DNA from: Macrostomum lignano
Taxonomy: Eukaryota
NCBI GenBank assembly: GCA_002269645.1
Contig: NIVC01000757.1
Span: 334,298 to 398,297, forward strand
Length of the DNA stretch: 64,000 nt
Direction of reading: 5' to 3'
Below, piece after piece: positions 53,900 through 64,000 of this stretch. How positions within the stretch are numbered: position 1 is the first letter of the stretch; each line of letters opens with the position of its first letter. Under the pieces are notes generated by a model. The model did no database searches. It was not told the DNA's origin and saw only the letters and a program-made list of their open reading frames with translations. Position numbers and translations under genes: made by a program.

Positions 53900-55559
53900 G
53901 CTTTTTCATTGCTATCTTACACTAATTTAACTAATGCTACACAATCAATTGGGTAATAGAGTCGGATCACACGACATTCTGTGCGCTCTTCGAATTGTGG
54001 GTCTGATCTTCAGGCCCAAACACGTTCAAGAGCCTTCTTCAAGTAAACTTTTGACAGGAGTCAAGCTTTTAAAATTATTGATGTCGTTGGTGTCATGGAT
54101 GATGCATATTTTCCTTGGGCTTTTACCCTGAAAACTGTCCAAAGCTATTTTACATGATCATACAAATGCATATACAGCGTCAATATAGTACACTGTTTAG
54201 TACACTTTATGCTCGAATAATAGCAGAGCAATAGTCGCCTGGATTGCATGGCAACCGTGTTTTATAGCTGCTGCTTCTTAATTTCATAGTGTTGCTTTAA
54301 GTTGCGTAGATGCAGTCTGTACTTGCTTTGTTGTAAATATTTTATCCTACTCCAGTTTCAATGCTTTTCCTGTTAATTTGGCTTGCAGGTGTTCCGTGTT
54401 GATACTCACAAATGAGTTTTTGCTTTGCACCTGATATTTTATGCAGTTCCCTCTTGAAAGTTTATGTTCCCAGGCATAATATCCCACGAGTACTTTTCCT
54501 AAACATCCTAAAATATCTTGACCTATCTATAATTTCGAACTCCATACATGAAAGGAGTTGAAATTTTTTTATTGGCTCCCTAAAGGCGATTCCATAAACA
54601 ACAGTTTCATAGAGATTTTCTCTTATTTCGAATAAATATTTACGTCAGCCGAGCAGAAAACAAGTCTATATATTCATTCTAAGACCAGTTAATCCCTGCT
54701 AGCCGAAGAGTATTTCATTTTAAAGTACAGGTAGCAACTGGACAACTCATTAAAAATTCAGGTATACGGATGTGTCCCTACACGGCTATATACGACTTGT
54801 TTATTTGCACGAAAAAATCAATCGCCCTTGCTCATATTTGTGGCCCTAATTATGTGTGGAATGAATCAACGTGTCTGAAGGCCGCACCGCATACGCTTGT
54901 GGTTTCTAAGTTGAAAGGCAAGATGAAAGGCCTAATTAAGAAATCTGTTTTTTATTTTGATTATCATCCCCTCAATTCCTTGAAATTCAACTTCAAAATG
55001 GACGAGTTAACCGTGACAATGGGCTAATTCAACTCGACGTGTGCCTGTGTCGCAACCACGGTTCGGGCACAGGGAGCGTTCTTCATCTTTCGTTTCAGGC
55101 TGTTTCCGGAAGCTGAATTGAGGTTTAATCTCTGGAGGAATTTGACTTATGATAGAGCGGCTTTTCCCTGTCATTAACTCCATCTCTGTACCTGCAACTG
55201 TCAATGCAGCCGTGCGTAACTTGATTAATATAGCTTTTGGCAGCCCATTTGGGCCTACGCGCATTGAATTTAATCCAAGATACGTTTGCCAATGTAATGA
55301 AGCTTTTGTCTATGGCAGCAAGGCTGGCACAGCAGCATTTAATTTGGTCCAACAAGCATCAAATTGGTCCACAGCTTCATTTAAAATTGCTGCGGAGGAG
55401 CAAGATCAGCCCCAGAATTGTAGACCATATGCTAGGCTTTTGAACAAATGCCAGAGGTGAACACCCAAAGGACATTTCAAGGTTGCTGAATGTACTCGTA
55501 AAAGAAAATATGGTTTGCAGCATCCATCAGCGCGTTGAAACTCTGCTGTCAGAGATTGT

Positions 55560-55735
55560 CTGCGAAAGGGTGGCAATCGCCAAGGCAAGTTGCTCGAGAG
55601 CCTCAGGTCCAACTGCTACTCGATGCAGTTGAGACGAACCCTTTGTTGACGTTGCAGAAAATGCAACAGAAGTTGAAGGAACAGTTCCAGCTGGTTATCA
55701 GATTTGGACTATCAGCAGAGCTCTGGAAAAGCGAC
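55560..55735 (+). pseudogene. Possible Tc1/IS630-like transposase HTH remnant
   Basis: VQLLLDAVETNPLLTLQKMQQKLKEQF followed after a frameshift by TISRAL. No DDE motifs or TIRs found. Confidence 0.4.
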
Positions 55736-57634
55736 TGAAAATTGTTGGTAGAGAGCCATATGTTAATTTTTTATTCTACGTAAATTTGCACGTGTCTTTT
55801 TGTGCCTAAAAACCATTAAAATAGCACACAGCTCGGCTTTTTGGTTTTTTAAGTCTATTTTATCATTCTTAGCTGACGGTGTAACAATATGTGTAGTAGA
55901 AATGATAAAATAGATTCATAAAACCAAACATCAGAGCTGTGCAATGCATTTTTATGATTTTTAGGCACAGGATATTTACGTAAGATAAAAATTTAACATC
56001 GAATCTTAATTTTCTGAACGAAAAGCTTTATAAATATCGATAGAGCAATGAGACAGGCACAATGAATCAAAATATGAACACTGGATCTGCCTCCTATCAA
56101 AAGCAATAAAAAAATTTTGTGCTGAGAAAATGATAAGTTCCTACCTCCGTAGTGTATTTTTACGGAAAAAACTGCCCTCAAAAATGTTCCAAGAAACGAG
56201 GTTTCCCGTCCTCCTACTTAAGTCGTCCTTGTACTGAGCCCGCTGAATGATTCAATGATTCTTTCTGCCATAGACTGCGAATTCTCGATTAAAAATTAAA
56301 AGGTGATCGGATTTTATATTACTCTAAGCAGGTACATGCACCTCTGTGATAAACTGCCATAAATACAAACTATAGATGTCATGATCGCAATAACTGTTTG
56401 AGATATTGATATTTTACTAAAGCTGCTCAACGTAAAAAGAGCCGGTTACCGTTACGTCTTTACATTGCACGGGGTTAGGTGGCCACCAGTGCATCAAATA
56501 CTTCAACACAATTGTCATTATAATGACATTCAGCGATGCCAACACATGAGAAGCGATTCACTTTGAGATGCAACGGTTGTAAAGCAACCCATCATGGTTC
56601 TGAATTATCTCCAGATGAAGTAGTCAAAACAGATCTCTGAGAGTTACGTATAGCAGGCTTTACATAGTAGTTAGTGTCAAGTAACAACGTCCATTAGAAA
56701 GTCATGTAAGGTACCAGCTGCTCAGCTAAGAAAGAGAATATTCTGTGTAGACTTGAGTCTACTAAGTCAGCAGAGAGGCTATACTTACCTTGTCAGAAAA
56801 AGCTGTTATAGATTCTATCAGAAGTTTGAAGTTCGTTCTAAAAACAGTTTTTTCAAGATTCGACCAGTTCTGAAAACGCTGTTGAATTTGAAGACGAGGT
56901 TTATAGCGGAGGACCCTGCTCTAAGCCAGTAAAACAAAGGGTGTTGAGGAGGTCTCAGTACTCTTTGCAGTTAACGATCGAGCGAGACATTTTCCCACGC
57001 TGTACGCTCATTGTTCAACGGCTCGAAATCATTATTTTCCAGCCTAAATTCATGAGAAAATGTGTGTTTGGCTCAGTGCCTCATTGAATAGAAACTTGAT
57101 ACCCGACATTGAAGTTATCAGAGAGGCATAGAGGCATTTTATTTACGATTTTAAAACACATTTAACGACAGATTCGGGATCTCTTCAAGCGCCACAGAAA
57201 CAGTTGAAAACTACTGCTGAGATAGGCGGAACGTAGTTGCATTGCAAGTGGCCTACATAAATTAGCACTTTTTTTCTGCCGTTTCACGTAATGCAAACAC
57301 GTGTGTAGCGCACGACGCGGAAGTTCTAGGCTTGCAAGGTGCCATTGGTGCATGCACCTGTGCCCCATTATAAGAAGCTACACGTCTAACTGAAGGTGAA
57401 ATAAACATTATAAGCATTGCAACAAACTGTTGACCCGATATTAAATTTTTTTGTCCCTTTCAAGAGTGCGTAAAATTGCAAAGTGAGCAGGCTTGATCTC
57501 ACCTTTAATGTATTTGCAAACATCAGAGAGAGCATAAAGAACGCAAATATTCTAAATATAGGTATAATTCCTAAAGTTACAAGCCAATATGACAATAATT
57601 GTACAATAAAAACTTTGCCGCTGAGAGTAGAATA

Positions 57635-58248
57635 GGATCTCGGAGGCGGGCCCAGCAACTGAGGATCTGGGAGGCTGGCCCAGCAACTGAGGATCTGGGA
57701 GGCTGGCCCAGCAACTGAGCATCTGGGAGGCTGGCCCAGCAACTGAGCATCTGGGAGGCTGGCCCAGCAACTGAGCATCTGGGAGGCTGGCCCAGCAACT
57801 GAGCATCTGGGAGGCTGGCCCAGCAACTGAGCATCTGGGAGGCTGGCCCTGCAACTGAGCATCTGGGAGGCTGGCCCAGCAACTGAGGATCTGGGAGGCT
57901 GGCCCAGCAACTGAGCATCGGGGAGGCTGGCCCAGCAACTGGGGATCTGGGAGGCTGGTCCAGCAACTGACACTCTGGAAGGCTGGTCCAGCAACTGAGG
58001 ATCTGGGAGGCTGGCCCAGCAACTGAGCATCTGGGAGGGCTGGCCCAGCAACTGGGGATCTGGGAGGCTGGTCCAGCAACTGGGGATCTGGGAGGCTGGT
58101 CCAGCAACTGAGGATCTGGGAGGCTGGCCCAGCAACTGAGCATCTGGGAGGCTGGCCCAGCAACTAGGGATCTGGGAGGCTGGCCCAGCAACTGGGAATC
58201 TGGGAGGCTGGCCCAGCAACTGAGGATCTGGGAGGCTGGCCTAGCAAC
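57635..58248 (+). repeat. 28-bp tandem array CTGGGAGGCTGGCCCAGCAACTGAGCAT
   Basis: Direct inspection; lies ~330 bp downstream of the BBS7 stop. Confidence 0.95.
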
Positions 58249-58575
58249 CGAGGCTGCAGTAACGCAGTTTGAGGATTTCAAAGCCGAACGTGAGGATATG
58301 GGATTAGTGAGAGTCAGGGGGAAGGAAATTCTACAGTTGGGAATTTGCAAAAGTGCACAAAGAATCGTTAGAGGAAAGTTTAAAAAATTCTTCATTAAGA
58401 CGGTCGCCATGAGTAAACAAATAAGAAAGAAAAAATTAAAAAACTTGGACGCAAAAAGGACTATCCGATTGTAGAGTAAACAGAACAGTGCTCAGATACG
58501 GACGATATCCACCTACAGTAGCAATCGAATGTGTTTTACTACCTTCCAGTCAATTATTAGGTTGGCAGGAACGAG

Positions 58576-61500
58576 TTACTCAGCCTCAAAGAACTCCAAC
58601 AGAGTCTGTAGATCGTAGTTCTGCAGGCATTGCATCAAAGCTGAGACTCTGGACTTCACATTCTGGCCTTGAAATTTGAACTTGTCAATGTAGAGATCCG
58701 TGATCATGCCTGCGGTGCATTGGATAGGATGCTGAATTAGTGCATGTCATGGGCGTATCAGAGTACTGTTTAGTCGCATTGCCGCTAGTATAGCCGCTCA
58801 GATGATTGAGTAGACACTAGCGATGATTGAGTAGACACTAGAGATGATTGAGTAGACACTAGAGATGTTTGAGTAGACACTAAAGATGATTGAGTAGACA
58901 CTAGAGATGATTGAGTAGACACTAGAGATGATTGAGTAGACACTAGAGATGATTGAGTAGACACTAGAGATGATTGAGTAGACACTAGAGACGTTTGAGT
59001 AGATACTAAAGATGATTGAGTAGACGCGTAAAAGGATTAAAAGATTATGTAGGTATGAAAAACAGATTGGGTAGAAAGTATATCGTAAAGATTGAGCAGA
59101 CGCATGATAAGATTGAGCAGACGCATGATAAGATTGAGCAGACGCATGATAAGATTGAGCAGACGCATGATAAGATTGAGCAGACGCATGATAAGATTGA
59201 GTAGACGCATGATAAGATTGAGTAGACGCATGATAAGATTGAGTAGACGCATGATAAGATTGAGTAGACGCATGATAAGATTGAGTAGACATTGAAACGT
59301 ACCGTAGAGTCTCTCCAGGTGAGCTGGCTGCCTTTTGAACAGCCTCTGAAGCTCGTCGGCCTCCAGGAGGATCTGCTGAAACTCTTCGGATAGAAACTCG
59401 GCAGACTGCTCGCTGAGCATGAGCTCGCGAAGCGGCTCGATTAGGGCCACCCGCTTGGCCAGGTGTAAAAGCGACTCAAGTTTTGGAGCAATTAATCTAA
59501 TTGTATGACTGACTGACTGGTCATTTACCTGCGAAAGAAAAAAATTTGAGAATCACATCTTCTCTGACTGAGGAGCAATTTAATTAACCCTTATTTTTTG
59601 TTCAAGAGCAATAAAACAAGTCCCTTTTAGGGCCATTCTAGCAGTCATAGACGCATGCGGGTGCAACCATAGACACATAAGTGCAGCCATAGACACACAA
59701 GTGCAACCATAGACACATAAGTGCAGCCATAGACACACAAGTGCAGCCATAGACACACAAGTGCAGCCATAGACACACAAGTGCAGCCATAGACACACAA
59801 GTGCAGCCATAGACACACAAGTGCAGCCATAGACACACAAGTGCAACCATAGACACATAAGTGCAGCCATAGACACACAAGTGCAGCCATAGACACATGA
59901 AGTGCAGCCATAGACACACAAGTGCAGCCATAGACACATGAAGTGCAGCCATAGACACACAAGTGCAGCCAAAGACACATAAGTGCAGCCATAGACACAC
60001 AAGTGCAGCCATAGACACATGAAGTGCAGCCAAATACACACAAGTGCAGCCAAAGACACACAAGTGCAGCCATAGACACACAAGTGCAGCCATAGACACA
60101 CAAGTGCAGCCATAGACACATAAGTGCAGCCATAGACACATAAGTGCAGCCATAGACACACAAGTGCAGCCATAGACACATGAAGTGCAGCCAAATACAC
60201 ACAAGTGCAGCCAAAGACACACAAGTGCAGCCATAGACACACAAGTGCAGCCATAGACACATAAGTGCAGCCATAGACACATAAGTGCAGCCATAGACAC
60301 ATAAGTGCAGCCATAGACACACAAGTGCAGCCATAGACACACAAGTGCAGCCATAGACACATAAGTGCAGCCATAGACACACAAGTGCAGCCATAGACAC
60401 ACAAGTGCAGCCATAGACACATAAGTGCAGCCATAGACACACAAGTGCAGCCATAGACACACAAGTGCAGCCATAGACACATGAAGTGCAGCCATAGACA
60501 CACAAGTGCAGCCATAGACACATGAAGTGCAGCCATAGACACACAAGTGCAGCCAAAGACACATAAGTGCAGCCATAGACACACAAGTGCAGCCATAGAC
60601 ACATGAAGTGCAGCCATAAACACATAAGTGCAGCCATAGACACATAAGTGCAGCCATAGACACACAAGTGCAGCCATAGACACATGAAGTGCAGCCATAG
60701 ACACACAAGTGCAGCCATAGACACATGAAGTGCAGCCATAGACACACAAGTGCAGCCAAAGACACATAAGTGCAGCCATAGACACACAAGTGCAGCCATA
60801 GACACATGAAGTGCAGCCATAAACACATAAGTGCAGCCATAGACACATAAGTGCAGCCATAGAACATAAGTGCAGCCATAGACGGTATGGTGCTCCAAAG
60901 CAACTCAGCCGTTTTTCTTGCCTATTTACTTAAAAGATTTTTCAAGCTTTGAAATTCTCTAGCGACGACATCATAAACGTTTACTTGTATGCCGCCTTAA
61001 AATTGAGTGAAAAATGTTTTAACGATAAACAAATTCACTAACAAAAAACTCACTTCGTATCCAATTTGCAGCGCAATTTTTCTCTTTGTTGCCTCTTTGC
61101 TAAGGCACTCCTTAATAATGGAGATTGTGGACAGATTGTCGGACCGGAACACTGCTTCGCCTTTCTTGTACCTGGCTTCGAACTGCGTGCCCAGGAAGGT
61201 GTTCTCAAACACGAGCCAACCGGCCTCGTCGGCTGGCGCTTTCTCTGGCACCTCGCCAACTAGAAAAGCAACCCAGTGATGAATTTCAGCCAGAGAGAAG
61301 GCCCCAGTGAGAGTCAGACTATTCAGCGGTCGGCTCTCATCAAGTTCGTGGGCTCGTCTGTGCAGCGACAGCGGCTTGATGTGATAGGCCAGCAACTGGC
61401 AGACCTTTGGCTGCAGTCTGGGCGTCACGTAAGCCATGAGAGTACCGTAGTGACCTTCGATTGTGCGCACTTTGATTTCCAGTCTGGTTGTGTTGGCCTG

Positions 61501-63842
61501 ACACCTGGTTGCGAATTGTGGGGGTGGCGTATGTTTTAGCTGAAGTTTTTGAGTGATTTGAGCAACTTGAACCCTGACTGCAGGTACAGTATCCTGTGTA
61601 CTGACTGAACTCTATGTACAGTGTTTTGTGTACTAAAAATTAACTATATGTACAGTGTTTTGTGTACTAAAAATGAACTCTATGTACAGTGTTTTGTGTA
61701 CTAAAAATGAACTCTATGTACAGTGTTGTGTGTACTAAAAATGAACTCTATGTACAGTGTTTTGTGTACTAAAAATGAACTCTATGTACAGTGTTGTGTG
61801 TACTAAAAATGAACTCTATGTACAGTGTTTTGTGTACTAAAAATGAACTCTATGTACAGTGTTTTGTGTACTAAAAATGAACTCTATGTACAGTGTTTTG
61901 TGTACTAAAAATGAACTCTATGTACAGTGTTTTGTGTACCAAAAATGAACTCTATGTACAGTGTTTTGTGTACTAAAAATGAACTCTATGTACAGTGTTT
62001 TGTGTAGTGCTTACTAGATTAGTTCTGTGTACTATTCTGTGCATTCGTCGGTGTACTAATTGACTGCATACCATCAGAGTATCATCAAAACTATATTTGT
62101 TTTAAAACAAATTCCAACTCTGAGTTTTTACAAGCAAACCCAACAAGAAACGAGCTTTGATGAAAATTGGTTTGATGTCATCAAAAACCATCTCGCAGAC
62201 CAAATGACTTACTGAGCATTATATTGAAATTTTCATGCGGCCAGCCTTTTGATTTGCCAGGATGCAAGAAAAGCAATATTGGAAAATGCTGAATATGTCA
62301 ACTCTCATCCAACCTCAGCTGATTGCATGGCTTCTGTCTTTGATGTAGAGATCTCCAAATACGGTACAAAGTAAACGACTATAAGTAGTAACGTAGTAGC
62401 TGGAACAGCTAAGCGAGGCTACATCTCTGAGGAAATAAATACCGTTCGGTAAGCCCTTGTTCGAGCCTTTGTTATTTGGGTTTATTGAGAGCGATTTTAT
62501 TGCCGGCCGTTACTGATCAGTTGATTTATGAGTTCATTGAATTTGAGGCCTCCCATTTTCCTAAGGGATTGGATAGGATCTGCGGACCGATTCCGATACC
62601 CTTAGAGGATTATCGATTTGATTGATTTTGTTATCCTAGATTAACCGATAGGAGCACACGACTCCGATTCCGTTAGTTCTAGAAGAAGACGCCCTTTCTG
62701 GAGGACCTCGTATTGTTATAGAAGTTGATTTTGTTATTAGGGCACATCGCTGACATTGTACTCGAGTCGACTCGATTTCTGCACTCGAGGAACACTGCGA
62801 CGTCGATTTAAATGATACGCTCTAACTTTCGGCCGATTTTAGAAATCAAGAAGACTACTCAGAAGAAAGAAGCTTCAAGGAGACGAGCTCTACAGACGCG
62901 CGCTACAAAGAAGAGGAGCCCGCAACAGTAAGTGATCACTGACTTTGTTCCCAGGCTTAAGTGCCTGGAAGTGGGAATTTTCGAGTGACTGATCACCACT
63001 CGATCAAACTCTTCATTGAGAAGCGATTTGCTACTGTTTATTGTAGCTTCAAGTTTTGAGAATCTTGAGGGAGAGCGGAGAGGCAGATTCAAGGATCTTG
63101 ATGGAGAGTGGAGAGCCAGATTCAAGGATCTTGGTGGAGAGCGGAGAGCCAGATTCAATGATCTTGGTGGAGAGCGGAGAGCCAGATTCAAGGGTCTTGA
63201 GGGAGAGCGGAGAGACAGATTTAAGGATCTTGAGGGAGAGCGGAGGGGCAGATTCAAGGATCTTGGTGGAGAGCGGAGAGCCAGATTCAATGATCTTGGT
63301 GGAGAGCGGAGAGCCAGATTCAAGGGTCTTGAGGGAGAGCGGAGAGACAGATTTAAGGATCTTGAGGGAGAGCGGAGGGGCAGATTCAAGGATCTTGGTG
63401 GAGAGCGGAGAGCCAGATTCAAGGGTCTTGAGGGAGAGCGGAGAGACAGATTTAAGGATCTTGAGGGAGAGCGGAGAGGCTGAATCAAGGACCTTGAGGG
63501 ACAATGGAGAGGCAGAACGTAGGACTAAAAAAGGATGACGCTCACCTGTAAGTGGCCAGCAGGTGATTTCCTTCGTCAGGATTGACAGCGCTGAGACTGA
63601 CCACGGCGGAGTTCTTTTCGGTGTCCATGATGTCCACCGGCACGTCCGACTGCAACAGCAGATTGTCGATGGGCGCCTGACACTCGATAGTCAAGGTGTA
63701 CGCTGCGTCCACTGGCGTCAGGATGAAACGGTCGTTGATGTCGAAGAGAGGCACCGAGGACACTGCGTTGCCTTTGGTTGACATCGTCTGGTATTTGTCA
63801 CGCTCCTTCTCCACCCTCTGCTGCAGCTGCCCGATCTCCTCT
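58576..63842 (-). CDS. BBS7: Bardet-Biedl syndrome 7 protein (BBSome subunit), last four exons; 5' exons lie beyond the window
   Basis: Phase-consistent minus-strand exons 63842-63546, 61504-61054, 59528-59303, 58709-58576. Peptides [84 protein letters not shown]. Confidence 0.95.
58801..59290 (+). repeat. Two related 21-bp arrays in the last BBS7 intron
   Basis: GATGATTGAGTAGACACTAGA (58801-59020) and AAGATTGAGCAGACGCATGAT (59088-59290). Confidence 0.95.
59645..60883 (+). repeat. 20/22-bp tandem array AAGTGCAGCCATAGACACAC in BBS7 intron
   Basis: 20-bp units interspersed with a 22-bp variant (..CACATGAAGTG..). Confidence 0.96.
61608..62007 (+). repeat. 34-bp tandem array TATGTACAGTGTTTTGTGTACTAAAAATGAACTC
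   Basis: Head-to-tail, no spacers. Confidence 0.96.
63055..63500 (+). repeat. 33-bp tandem array with higher-order structure
   Basis: Unit GATCTTGAGGGAGAGCGGAGAGCCAGATTCAAG with four recurring variants. Confidence 0.93.
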
Positions 63843-64000
63843 CTGTTGAAGTTTAAAAAATGATTATGGACTTAATTGGCATTGACACAATGAAATATGA
63901 ATATGCTAGCTGCCCCTAAACTACGACGTAATGTAGAAATGGAGCTGTGACCCTTACTGCACAAGCAGTATTGTACATAGTCGTTATAGATGCACCGCAC

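Noticed and set aside
56849-56880. FFKIRPVL resembling a piggyBac transposase motif
   Set aside because: Too short, followed by stops, with no TTAA-flanked TIRs or ordered downstream motifs.
57285-57365. Minus-strand SCATHVFAL resembling a SWIM zinc finger
   Set aside because: The upstream CxC is not in frame and there is no supporting transposase context.
61608-62007. 34-bp partly palindromic repeat (GTACA..TGTAC) of CRISPR-like length
   Set aside because: Units are head-to-tail with no unique spacers, there are no cas genes, and it lies in a eukaryotic intron.

Overview
Eukaryotic (animal) genomic DNA with spliceosomal introns and no prokaryotic features. The RTE fragment, GPCR type and satellite-rich introns suggest a flatworm such as Macrostomum (inference only). 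The first ~21.5 kb is a nest of transposons. A complete hAT DNA transposon (363-10224; 11-bp TIRs, 8-bp TSD, 4-exon transposase) is interrupted just before its catalytic Glu by a full-length LOA/Lian-like non-LTR retrotransposon (12-bp TSD). A decayed Ty3/gypsy element on the minus strand is interrupted by a second, related LINE (13-bp TSD), and a SAP-domain DIRS/Ngaro-like remnant follows. 21.5-31 kb is AT-rich, with MITEs, a foldback, an AP-1/TATA cluster and a satellite built from splice-donor consensus. Four host genes were rebuilt by hand with phase-consistent GT-AG exons: ZUP1/ZUFSP (31860-35614,+), PNISR (39000-46634,+), a rhodopsin-class peptide-receptor-like GPCR (52397-53899,+) and the 3' part of BBS7 (58576-63842,-, continues beyond the window). 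About 13 different tandem arrays (20-123-bp units) sit in introns and spacers, and many long ORFs in the track are their artefacts. Best leads: two apparently intact RNase H-bearing LINEs, both inserted in other transposons' coding regions, and the structured 5' UTR of the first with a twister-ribozyme-like loop. No clearly novel system is proven from sequence alone.
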